Shown one piece after another: positions 52,021-60,881 of a stretch of DNA of 64,000 nt. The notes under the pieces are model-generated. The model searched no databases, was not told the DNA's origin, and worked only from the letters and a program-made list of their open reading frames with translations. Position 1 is the first letter of the stretch; each line of letters opens with the position of its first letter. The position numbers were made by a program, and so were the translations under genes. The stretch is from a virus. The stretch is from positions 1 through 64,000 of the IMG/VR virus record IMGVR_UViG_3300045988_071562; one strand, written 5' to 3'.

Positions 52021-52977
52021 ATGAAAAAATACACACTTGAAACATTAAAGAAAGAGAACGAGCTTTTCAATAGCTATTACGGACTTGAAGAGTCAGACGT
52101 AAAAAAAGTAAACCGCATTATTGAAATGATTGAAAGATCACGCTCTACAGAAGTCATTCAAAAATATGACGTAGTAGAGTATACAAATGAATATGGTGAG
52201 TATTTTCCAAAAGCAACAGCAACAAAGAAAAGAGGAGAAAACATAGAGCTTTGTGAAAATGCTGGAATACATTTAAGTATTTATGATAACGAGTTGTGCG
52301 GAAGTGCTTCTGGTGGTGCGTTTAGCCATCATAATAAGTCTGAATTTACATATAAAGGCACGTCAAGCAATACTTTTTGGACTTGGGGAAATGCTGGAGC
52401 TTGCGCAAATGGTGGAATTTATTTTACCGCAACAATTAATTTGTGGGAATGTAATGACAATAAAGAAATGTTTTCCACAAAAACACATGATAAATATCAT
52501 TTGTCATATAGAAAAGCAGGAAACAACGGAGATTATCAATATTTTGCTTCTAAAGCTGGAATGAGTAGCTATGCATGGAGAACTGAAGAAGATATGCAAG
52601 CATGGTTGAGAACTAAAAGAGCAGTTGTGACCGAAAAAAATACATGGGGTGGCGCGGTTATCTGGACATATAAAGAAATAGAGCACCATTGTTCAAATAC
52701 AGAGTATGACGCTTTAGAAGCGCCGGAAGATATTTTTTTAATGAACGGAAGCAAAAGACGTTGTAAACGTGTCTATGATGATAAGAATTATATCTTGCAT
52801 ACTTATTTTGTCTGGTACTGGGAAGATGATACTTTAGACTTTTATAAAAGAATGTCATTACAGAATAAAATTATTGATTCTTACGAGGTGGATTATTTTA
52901 CAAATGAAGTAAATAAAATCGCGCTTGAAGAATTGAGAAGCGGAATTATAAAGCCGCTTGAAGTTAAATTTAATTAG
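52021..52977 (+). CDS. hypothetical protein
   Basis: 318 aa, Trp/Tyr/Cys-containing and globular. No motif was recognised with confidence. Confidence 0.6.
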   Translation: MKKYTLETLKKENELFNSYYGLEESDVKKVNRIIEMIERSRSTEVIQKYDVVEYTNEYGEYFPKATATKKRGENIELCENAGIHLSIYDNELCGSASGGAFSHHNKSEFTYKGTSSNTFWTWGNAGACANGGIYFTATINLWECNDNKEMFSTKTHDKYHLSYRKAGNNGDYQYFASKAGMSSYAWRTEEDMQAWLRTKRAVVTEKNTWGGAVIWTYKEIEHHCSNTEYDALEAPEDIFLMNGSKRRCKRVYDDKNYILHTYFVWYWEDDTLDFYKRMSLQNKIIDSYEVDYFTNEVNKIALEELRSGIIKPLEVKFN

Positions 52978-53045
52978 ACCGGTAAGCGTACCGGGGAGCA
53001 TTTCCCCGGCGACCTTTTAACAAAAATTCAAGGAGGATAAAAAAC

Positions 53046-53249
53046 ATGATGAAAATTGACATGTGGTACAATGACAAAAAGGAGCAGGCAACCGAGCTTG
53101 ATATCTGGTTTAATGATTTAGGGTGTTTTTACTCTGGAAATATCAAGATTTTTGGCAAGACCGTTGGGGATTATTACGCCGACAGTGTGCAAGAAATTTG
53201 TGAAGCGTTCCCACATCTGGAAGAGAAAATAAACGCTTGTTTGAATTAA
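53046..53249 (+). CDS. hypothetical protein
   Basis: 67 aa with a GGAGGA SD. Confidence 0.5.
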   Translation: MMKIDMWYNDKKEQATELDIWFNDLGCFYSGNIKIFGKTVGDYYADSVQEICEAFPHLEEKINACLN

Positions 53250-53308
53250 ATAAATCGATTCCGGGCGGGGCTTTCCCGCCTGTTTTTCTAAAAAAGGAGG
53301 GCTTAAAC

Positions 53309-53575
53309 ATGAACGAAAGAACTTTTATTATCCGCTTAAAAACTGGGAATAAAATAATCACAGAATCTGAGGCAATAGCCAACGCAGAAGAGCAGAAAGC
53401 TAAAGGAATAAAACCGCATTATGTTCTTTTTGACGGTGATAAAAAGGAAAAGCTTTCAAATCCCGGCTGGCTGATCTGGTCAACTTGGGAAGATGGTGCA
53501 GGCGTTGTGGTTCCTCGCGATGACGGAAAGCTTGTTTTACTTACTGGCTGGCAGTCTAATTTAGCATACTGTTAG
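53309..53575 (+). CDS. hypothetical protein
   Basis: AGGAGGG SD before MNERTFII. Confidence 0.5.
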   Translation: MNERTFIIRLKTGNKIITESEAIANAEEQKAKGIKPHYVLFDGDKKEKLSNPGWLIWSTWEDGAGVVVPRDDGKLVLLTGWQSNLAYC

Positions 53576-53644
53576 GCGTGATGATCTTCTGCCCGGTTCG
53601 ATTCCGGGGCGCGTCTTTTTATCAAAATTATGGAGGTTAAAAGA

Positions 53645-53845
53645 ATGAAAAACTATAATGTATATTATTCTGGAGGATCAAAAATAACAACAGTAAAAGC
53701 AAGTTGTGTTATAAAAGCTTGCAAAGCCTTTATGGAACAATTTAATAAGCCTTACAAAATAGAAAAATATGGTTATGATTATGTAGCTATCAGATTTTGT
53801 GATAATTACTCTATATGTAGTGATTATGTAGTGATTTCAGAATGA
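53645..53845 (+). CDS. hypothetical protein
   Basis: GGAGG SD before MKNYNVYY. Confidence 0.45.
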   Translation: MKNYNVYYSGGSKITTVKASCVIKACKAFMEQFNKPYKIEKYGYDYVAIRFCDNYSICSDYVVISE

Positions 53846-53892
53846 TTTTATTATTTCCTGGCTCCCAGGGTGAAGGGAAGAAAGAAAAAAAT

Positions 53893-54045
53893 ATGGACTT
53901 AATGCAAATAATAAGTTATATACGTGAAAAACATTTGGAAGCTGAGTTTAATAAATTTAGAAATTATCGGTGCATTTCTGGTGTAGAACCTATAGAAACA
54001 ACATTAATTCTATTTTATAAAAATCAAAAAGCATCATCGAAATAG
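53893..54045 (+). CDS. hypothetical small protein
   Basis: 50 aa from MDLMQIISY. Confidence 0.35.
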   Translation: MDLMQIISYIREKHLEAEFNKFRNYRCISGVEPIETTLILFYKNQKASSK

Positions 54046-54264
54046 ATTTCCACCGCTTACCAGCTACCAGGCTGGCGGCACGTTCACGGCGTGCAAGCGG
54101 TTTTTTTGGCATTCTGTCAGTAGTACCTTGGCAATTTAATAGCACAAGTCAGCAAATAAGCAAGCTATTTAAGCCGCAAATGGCTTTTAATGCTGTTAAT
54201 GGGGATTTATGCCACTATTGCATTATAAGCCGTTTATGAGCCTTTAAATGCGTTACATGGTTTA

Positions 54265-54293
54265 TTGACTGTCTGCGGCTATGGGTGTATAAT
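54265..54293 (+). promoter_or_regulatory. near-consensus promoter TTGACT-17-TATAAT in a gene-free region
   Basis: -35 at 54265-54270, -10 at 54288-54293. Confidence 0.55.
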
Positions 54294-54299
54294 AGCCTT

Positions 54300-54915
54300 G
54301 TGTAGCTATGTGCGGCTATGCCTTATTTGCGTACCTTTCCAACAGGCGCATTATGTCCTCTTATGTGCGTAGCTTGTACAGGCTTCCCGGTGATCTGTCG
54401 CAGCTGTCCGGGTTATATATCAATTAGGGATATACAACTATATTGTGATATGCTCGTATAACGCCGTATTTGCCATTTTAAGGTGTTTTATAATCGTAGT
54501 CAATAAAATATAGGATAAATACGTTACAAGCTATTTAAGGCTTATTTTGTAAGAGTATTATTGCATTTTTAATCACTGCATTATATGCTGTTTGATGTCA
54601 CAATCTATTATCTGTTGGCTGTTGGTTCTAATCTGCCAGGGCTACGGCTGGCGGTTGGCTTTGCTGGTGTCCAATTGTTCCCGACATCGTCCCGGATTCA
54701 TCAGTTCGGCGCGGTATCGGTTCCCGGTGGTGTATTTGTTTGATTTGCAGCAATAAATACTCGTAGCTGCTCACAGCTTCAATAGTTACAACTAACTTGT
54801 AAACGGTTCCCAAATTTCAGCATCATTTTGGAAACCAAAAAATCACGGAAATTAAGAAAAAAAGTGGCAATCAGAAAATTTCTCGCATTTTCTAGTTACC
54901 ACTTAAATTTTAATT
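54300..54915 (+). ncRNA. possible large (~600-nt) non-coding transcript
   Basis: No SD-led ORF between 54046 and 55078. GC-rich hairpins (e.g. GCCAG-ggctacgg-CTGGC near 54634). A long imperfect hairpin AAGTGG...CCACTT (54862-54904) is followed by a T-rich tract. Confidence 0.2.
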
Positions 54916-55078
54916 TTGCACAAATATTTCTATAGCGTAAAGTTCTGAATGATTCAAAATTCACAATTTATTTAATCCTTCTTTCTTACGTGTTCCATAT
55001 CTTCTGTGAGATGATTTCTCTAAACGTTCCGTCCTTTTTGTTTGGGACTTTGAAAGTTTTTTCTTTCTCTGGTAATTG

Positions 55079-55744
55079 TCAGTCGTTGTTCCCATTCATA
55101 CCCTCCTTGTTAATTTTCTGATTCCTAGTCTCAAAGTTTACAATTTCCGTGTCTGTTTCTAATTCTTCCGGTATTCTTCCAACAATGATAACTCGCAGTG
55201 GCTTCAATCTGCGTTCCATTTCCTTGAAACCAACGCAAAATTCCAACCGTGCTGCCTTGCTCTTTACTCTTCCATTTGTGCAACAGGCAACTGTGCTTCC
55301 CTCTGGCAGTCCATCAAAGCACCAGTCCCAACAGTATTCTGGCAGTATGTTTACGTTCGGAATTACCGGAATATCATTCAAGATCATGTAGTGAGCCAGT
55401 GAGTGATTGCGGTATTTATTCCACAAGCACATTACCAGTGGCATTCCATTCTTGCCTACCGATATGCTAAAATCCGGCATAATGACTGCATGAAAACATT
55501 TTAAATGCTCCATATATTTGTCTGGCTGATTCCATAATCTTTGAAACTGTACATCGTCCACGTAGAAGTTTACATCCAGTTCCCGGTGTTTCTTTATCTT
55601 TCTACTGAAGCTCTCTGCAAAGTCTACAGTATCTTTGCCTGGATGGATAAAAGTCTTTGGAATTTTCGGTATTCCGTACTTACCATCAAGGTCTGCATCC
55701 GTGATTAAAAACTCTTTCATTACGTCATAAGCTGTATGTATCAT
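55079..55744 (-). CDS. DUF4417-like protein
   Basis: 221 aa from the SD-led MIHTAYDV. The family call is from memory of the DUF4417 pattern. Confidence 0.5.
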   Translation of the reverse strand: MIHTAYDVMKEFLITDADLDGKYGIPKIPKTFIHPGKDTVDFAESFSRKIKKHRELDVNFYVDDVQFQRLWNQPDKYMEHLKCFHAVIMPDFSISVGKNGMPLVMCLWNKYRNHSLAHYMILNDIPVIPNVNILPEYCWDWCFDGLPEGSTVACCTNGRVKSKAARLEFCVGFKEMERRLKPLRVIIVGRIPEELETDTEIVNFETRNQKINKEGMNGNND

Positions 55745-55767
55745 TGATTCCACTCCCATTTTTTCTC

Positions 55768-57480
55768 TTATAGTGCTAAAAGGTACTTATATTTGAAAAA
55801 TACCATATCTTGTGTCTTAATGCAAGTTTTCCTACTAAATATATTGTGTTGTTCTGAATGTAGAGTTAAAATCATATCGTCAGAACAACGCAAAGGAAAT
55901 CCCCATTTTTCAAGGTTTCCAGACCTCAATTGAAATGTTAGTGTTGCACATGTAGCCGCCAACGGTTCCACGGTAATTTTTTCAAAAAGTTCATTGATAA
56001 TCTGCCTGTTAATGTCTTTTGGAGTAACGCCCTTAAACTTTTCTAACTGTTCTTTAATAGCACTTAATTGTATTTCTACTGGCTCTGGACTTTTGGTATT
56101 TTGGATTTCTAGAATATGGCTCTCAATCTGCTTTATCTGCTTCACGTATTCTTTATTTCTTGAAATAAATTCATCATCAGATATTTTTCCGTCCAGATTA
56201 TATTCCAGTATTTTTTCACGTTTTTGTTTTAATAGATCAATCTGTTTTTTAAGTCGTGAGATTTCGTTTTTATTGTCTGGAATGTTTTTGATCGAGGACT
56301 GCAAAATTTCAAAATATTCCTCCAAAATGCTATCAATGTTTTCAGAAGATTTATTTATTAATTCTGCGATTACTTCTTTCAGTTCTGATTCTGCCAGTCC
56401 AAATGAATCACATGAAGCTGCTCCGTTTTTTATCTTATAACTACATACCCATCGAACATCTTCTTTTCCTCGAATATAATGTTGCTTCATCCAGTATGGT
56501 GCTCCGTCGTTAGCACAGAAAAGTTTTCCAGTGAAAATATTTTCACTCTTAAAAGAGGTTTTTCTTGATTTTATAGCTTCTCCGCGCTCCCTTAAATACG
56601 CATTTGCTTTTTCCCAAGTAATCTCGTCAATAATCTGCGGTACTCTGGAACCATCGTCTTTAAACATTACCCATTCTGACTGCGGAAGAAATTCCTGCTT
56701 TTTTGTGAACATATCAACGATCTTGACTTTTCCTCCGCAATAGTATCCTTTGTATTTTGGATTCCGAATAATATTTTTTATGACATCTCTACTGATCTTA
56801 CCGCCTTTGAAACTTCTATATCCCATATTCCAGAGTTTTTTTTCGATTCTTGGTGTAGACATTCCAGAAGCATAGTCTCGAAAGACCATTCGAACCATAT
56901 CTGCTTCTTCCGGTATTAGCTCAAGTTTTCCTTGATGATTTGAGTATCCATACATTCTGTGTCCAAGTACAACACCGTTTTTAATTGACTGTGCATGTCC
57001 AAATTTTATTCTTGAAGATAATTTTCTGATTTCGTCCTGTGCTACTCCAGCCATAATTGTTAGCCTAAGTTCACTATCTTCATCAATGGTATTGATTCCG
57101 TCATTTTGGAACCACACGCACACACCGTAAGACAACAATTCTCTGGTATATTGGATACTATCAAGAGTGTTTCTTGCAAATCTTGAAATTTCTTTTGTGA
57201 TAATCATATCAATTTTTCCAAGTTTTGCATCTCTGAGCATTCTTTGAAATTCTTCTCTTTTATCTGCGTGCATTCCAGAAATACCATCATCAATGTAAGA
57301 ACCTGCAAACTTCCATCTGTTGTTAGAATGTATCAGTTCTTCAAAATGTTCTTCCTGATGTTTGATGGATGCTTGCTGCTCAAGTTTTTCCGTTGAAACC
57401 CTGGCATAATAAGCAACATTTAATTCAATGTCGTAAATAGAGCAACTTCTTAATTTTTCTCTGACATAATAAATATTCAT
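55768..57480 (-). CDS. large serine recombinase (phage integrase type)
   Basis: YARVSTEKLEQ catalytic motif in a resolvase domain, then recombinase and zinc-ribbon-like regions and a coiled coil. 570 aa from the SD-led MNIYYV. Confidence 0.9.
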   Translation of the reverse strand: MNIYYVREKLRSCSIYDIELNVAYYARVSTEKLEQQASIKHQEEHFEELIHSNNRWKFAGSYIDDGISGMHADKREEFQRMLRDAKLGKIDMIITKEISRFARNTLDSIQYTRELLSYGVCVWFQNDGINTIDEDSELRLTIMAGVAQDEIRKLSSRIKFGHAQSIKNGVVLGHRMYGYSNHQGKLELIPEEADMVRMVFRDYASGMSTPRIEKKLWNMGYRSFKGGKISRDVIKNIIRNPKYKGYYCGGKVKIVDMFTKKQEFLPQSEWVMFKDDGSRVPQIIDEITWEKANAYLRERGEAIKSRKTSFKSENIFTGKLFCANDGAPYWMKQHYIRGKEDVRWVCSYKIKNGAASCDSFGLAESELKEVIAELINKSSENIDSILEEYFEILQSSIKNIPDNKNEISRLKKQIDLLKQKREKILEYNLDGKISDDEFISRNKEYVKQIKQIESHILEIQNTKSPEPVEIQLSAIKEQLEKFKGVTPKDINRQIINELFEKITVEPLAATCATLTFQLRSGNLEKWGFPLRCSDDMILTLHSEQHNIFSRKTCIKTQDMVFFKYKYLLAL

Positions 57481-57561
57481 AGTGCATTTCTCCCTCAATA
57501 AACAGGGAGTGGAATCATATAAAGTATAACACCTCACATAACTCCACTCAATACATTTTCG

Positions 57562-57669
57562 TTACTTTCTAGTGCTGATTTCAGCTTTAATTTTATCTCT
57601 TGTTTTCTCGTCTATCAGACCAAGTGAGAACATTCTTTCGTTTATGGCATACAATATAGCTTTTTCCAT
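57562..57669 (-). CDS. 35-aa miniprotein
   Basis: GGAGGG SD. Below the track cutoff. Confidence 0.3.
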   Translation of the reverse strand: MEKAILYAINERMFSLGLIDEKTRDKIKAEISTRK

Positions 57670-57798
57670 TAAATGTCCCTCCAAGTAATTATCTAATTTT
57701 TTACGTTATTTTCCTTTATCTTTTGTATGCCCTATAATTTCTACCATTATTCTCTTTTGAACGATTCTTCGCTATTTTAAGTACACAATTATCACATT

Positions 57799-58011
57799 TT
57801 ACAACAAATCAAAGATATTGACCTGTCCGTCAATCTGAGTTTCTTCCAGATTGTAAAATTTACAAGCTATATAATCTGGTTTCCAGTCAATTTCCAGTTC
57901 GTATTGCAAGCACTGCGGATGCTTGCCTCCACGGAAGAACCTGCAATCTGAACAGGTATGCTGATAAGCTGTACCGCCAGACCGCTTATACATTTCGCTT
58001 ATCTTCCTCAT
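57799..58011 (-). CDS. hypothetical Cys-containing protein
   Basis: 70-aa ORF. Confidence 0.45.
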   Translation of the reverse strand: MRKISEMYKRSGGTAYQHTCSDCRFFRGGKHPQCLQYELEIDWKPDYIACKFYNLEETQIDGQVNIFDLL

Positions 58012-58250
58012 AGAATCACTCGCTTTACTCTTGACTTTCCTTTCGCTTTCTTCTTGAAGATACCATTTTTAACACAATCCCTTGGATCACATCCTCTGCT
58101 ATGCTCTTCGATCAAGATATAATCACAGGTTGCATTTGTACTCCATGCATTTTCACTCTTGCTGTAATAGTCGCATTTTGAGCATTGCCTCCGCTTTAAG
58201 CCTATAATTTCAGTGCTTTTTAATTCTCTCCATGGTTTTCTATCTGGCAA
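58008..58250 (-). CDS. hypothetical Cys-rich protein
   Basis: CSKCDYY...CDYILIEEHSRGCDPRDC. The start is uncertain (TTG at 58250 after GGGAGG) and it overlaps the upstream gene end. Confidence 0.35.
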   Translation of the reverse strand: MPDRKPWRELKSTEIIGLKRRQCSKCDYYSKSENAWSTNATCDYILIEEHSRGCDPRDCVKNGIFKKKAKGKSRVKRVIL

Positions 58251-58780
58251 TTTTCCGCACCTCCCAATCTGGCAGTATCTATAATTTTTAAAAGGTCTGG
58301 ACTTAGTTTTCTTCGTTCCTGTTCCCTCTGTACCTCTGCCCGGTAAGTCCTTTGAAAATTTGATTGAACCACACTCCACCATGTGCCATCCACATTTTCA
58401 GATACCGCCCATTCTCTAAGTTGTGCCGGGCTTGATACTGCTTTCTGAATGATTTTTGGAAGCTTATCAAACTCTGTTTCTGCATTATATGTAGAGTTCT
58501 GAATAGCTTTGCATACCTTTTCCCAGGCTTCTGTTTCATTCAGCTCTTCCTTTTGCGGTGCAACGCTTTGTGCGCATTTCCTTAATGCGGCTATTGATGG
58601 CTCTTTCCATTCCGTCTGCATATATTTCTTTAATCCGAAACTTAAAAGCTTGTAATCTAGGTCTTTCAAAAGTCCATACCAAGTATCAAAAGCATATTGA
58701 TCTGGCAGAAATGCTGGGGAAGTGTACACAGCTTTCATTGCCTTTACGAGTACCGCCCATTCTTCTCTTGTCATACCCAA
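58220..58780 (-). CDS. G39P-like helicase loader
   Basis: The call rests on position directly after the replisome organizer and an N-terminal W/Y-rich helical pattern. Confidence 0.45.
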   Translation of the reverse strand: MGMTREEWAVLVKAMKAVYTSPAFLPDQYAFDTWYGLLKDLDYKLLSFGLKKYMQTEWKEPSIAALRKCAQSVAPQKEELNETEAWEKVCKAIQNSTYNAETEFDKLPKIIQKAVSSPAQLREWAVSENVDGTWWSVVQSNFQRTYRAEVQREQERRKLSPDLLKIIDTARLGGAENCQIENHGEN

Positions 58781-59679
58781 TTATCCACCTCGCTTACCCT
58801 GTTTTGGATTTTCTCCATGTAGCTTTGCGGTTTACTTCCGGATTTATCAAGATAGTTCCCTTCAAATACCTTCGCAAAGTTACCTGGCTTTAAGAACCAA
58901 TCGAAAGTTATCATCCAGCCTTCTTTGTTCTGGCCTTGTAAGAAGCTGCTATGGCGAATGTTTTCAATGGCTTCTAAGATATCGTCCATATGGTTCTGAC
59001 GGATTCTGGCTTTCACTGCTTGTTCTCGTTTTGATGTCATTCTTTTTACAGGGTTAATACCAAATTCTTCCAGAGTATTCCATTCATCAATGATTCGTTG
59101 GACGTCAGTCTGACGAATAGTATCTTTAGATACTATTAAATCATTTATATCTTTTTCTTTATCTTTATCTAATTCTATATCTAAATCTAATTCTAAATCT
59201 TTATCTAAACCTATATCTTTATCTGAGTGCGTCTTTTGTTCGTCTGTTTTGCGTCTTTTCTGCGTCTGCCTGTTTGAACGCTCTATTAGTTTGGTATCAT
59301 CAATAGAATTTCCATTTGTCAGTGAGTAGCTTCCATTATCTTTCAATAGCAGTTTCTTTTTTTCATCAGTGTATGAAGTTTCTATATATCTGTCTCTAGA
59401 CAGGGTGTTGTGCATTCTCCAATGCTTAATAACAATCACGCCATCATCAAATAAGATAACAAATCTCTTGGCAATCAGAAGCTTTAAATCATCATCGTTT
59501 GCACCTATTATTTTTTCAATCCTCTTTGGGTTTCCAATAAATCCATCATCGTCCGCTCTCATGTTTAGATGAAAATAAAGACATTGTGTTGATAACGGCA
59601 TATCAAGAAAAGCATCTGTATCAACAATTTTCATTGTGAACATTCTTTTATTTGCCAATTCCAAAATTCCTTTCTCCAA
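58771..59679 (-). CDS. replisome organizer / replication initiator with internal iterons
   Basis: N-terminal DTDAFLDMPLSTQCLYFHLNMRADDDGFIGNPKRI winged-helix-like region. The central D/L/K-rich segment is encoded by the iteron block. Confidence 0.65.
   Translation of the reverse strand: MEKGILELANKRMFTMKIVDTDAFLDMPLSTQCLYFHLNMRADDDGFIGNPKRIEKIIGANDDDLKLLIAKRFVILFDDGVIVIKHWRMHNTLSRDRYIETSYTDEKKKLLLKDNGSYSLTNGNSIDDTKLIERSNRQTQKRRKTDEQKTHSDKDIGLDKDLELDLDIELDKDKEKDINDLIVSKDTIRQTDVQRIIDEWNTLEEFGINPVKRMTSKREQAVKARIRQNHMDDILEAIENIRHSSFLQGQNKEGWMITFDWFLKPGNFAKVFEGNYLDKSGSKPQSYMEKIQNRVSEVDNWV
59150..59267. repeat. intragenic iteron block (ATCT-type 6/12-mers plus T(G/T)CGTCT x4 at 11-bp spacing)
   Basis: TGCGTCT at 59228, TTCGTCT at 59239, TGCGTCT at 59250 and 59261. 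Homologous to 17598-17711. Confidence 0.8.
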
Positions 59680-59701
59680 TTCCTGACTTTTTAAAAAGCG
59701 T

Positions 59702-60823
59702 TTATTTTAATTCAACTTCAATTCCATTTATTTTCAGTTCTCCATTTACTGGAATCACAAGGGATGGAACACCGTTTATTTCTTTCAGTTCAATTAAAGC
59801 AATTTTATCTGGCTGGATACAGATTGTTGCATCTGGTGTTACAATTTTTGCAGTTTTTGAATTATGAATATTGTCAAGAGCAACAGGCTCATTACTGAAA
59901 TACATTTCCCAGTTTTCTTTGAAATTTGATAACTTCTCATCTGGAACTCCGCAATATCCAAAAATCTGTTCCATTTCGTCACATGATACAGTTATCATCT
60001 CCGGGCTGTCTTTCTTCTGTTCTTTCACTTCCTGTAATGATTCAACCAGACTTTCCGTGAAATTGAATGTTGTATCTCCTTCGAAATTATCCATGATGAA
60101 ATCTGAAAAGACATTGATCTCATTACCGGGTATACGTGGAATTGGTGTACCAAGAACGTTTTCGATAAAGTCTGGATGAATATTCTTTATGTTTTTGTTA
60201 AAATACAAAATTCCATGAATATCAGTGCTTCTGTCATTGAATACAGGGAATAAGAATCCTGTTTCTGGTCTTGAGACTACCCAATCACGAACTCTGTCTT
60301 TGATGTTATTTTCAGCCACATCATAGCTAAGCCCAGCCTTTGAAAGATTTACTGGACAAATGCTGCACAGAATGTGTTCATAAATTTCTTCTGATGCATC
60401 GTGCATTTCGGTTCCATCAGAAGCTTTTCCTGGAATGTCATATACTGCATGAATGAGAACTATGTAGTAATTTTCGTGATAATCGTAATTTTCAATCACT
60501 TTGTCGTAGAACTCGTCCAAAAGCTCATCATCTTTAAGCTTACTTGCTCTGATCCGCATAAGAAATTCCTGTGTTCCACCCTCTTTTTCCTGTGCTAATG
60601 GAAAATCAAGGTTCATAAGGTTCTTTCCAAGTCTGCCAGACATGGTTTTCTTGAAAATGTCAAAATACTTAAACATTTCTTCCTCTGGAAGGGAAAGGAA
60701 AGCTTCTTTAATCTTTGTTTTCTTATTCTTCTCCGCATCCACATAACAACCACAAATGCGTGTAATGGAACAATTTGCTGGTGTAAATTGTTTCTTGATC
60801 TCTGCGATTTCTTTCTTATTCAT
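59702..60823 (-). CDS. DUF4317-like protein
   Basis: 373 aa from the SD-led MNKKEIAEIKKQFTP. The family call is from memory. Confidence 0.5.
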   Translation of the reverse strand: MNKKEIAEIKKQFTPANCSITRICGCYVDAEKNKKTKIKEAFLSLPEEEMFKYFDIFKKTMSGRLGKNLMNLDFPLAQEKEGGTQEFLMRIRASKLKDDELLDEFYDKVIENYDYHENYYIVLIHAVYDIPGKASDGTEMHDASEEIYEHILCSICPVNLSKAGLSYDVAENNIKDRVRDWVVSRPETGFLFPVFNDRSTDIHGILYFNKNIKNIHPDFIENVLGTPIPRIPGNEINVFSDFIMDNFEGDTTFNFTESLVESLQEVKEQKKDSPEMITVSCDEMEQIFGYCGVPDEKLSNFKENWEMYFSNEPVALDNIHNSKTAKIVTPDATICIQPDKIALIELKEINGVPSLVIPVNGELKINGIEVELK

Positions 60824-60881
60824 GATTAATCCTCCAATTTTAATTTTTGTAAAATAAATCAAATTATATGAATTTTATGTG

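Noticed and set aside
53577-53612. GCCCGGTTCGATTCCGGGGCGCGTC looks like the T-arm and 3' acceptor half of a tRNA, which could mark an att core or tRNA remnant.
   Set aside because: No matching 5' acceptor or D or anticodon arms lie upstream. Very similar GC-rich hairpins (GATTCCGGGCGGGG at ~53256 and TTCCCCGGCG at ~53000) follow the neighbouring plus-strand genes, so it is more simply one member of a local terminator family. An att function cannot be fully excluded.
54628-54813. A 61-aa minus-strand ORF in the gene-free kilobase.
   Set aside because: It has a TTG start with no SD and lies in the GC-rich hairpin-dense core, so it is more likely non-coding.
55079-55081. The frame stays open for 33 codons after the TGA stop of the DUF4417-like gene, which might be a second TGA read-through candidate.
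   Set aside because: A 33-codon open stretch after a stop is within chance expectation in AT-rich DNA. No conserved motif is visible in the extension.
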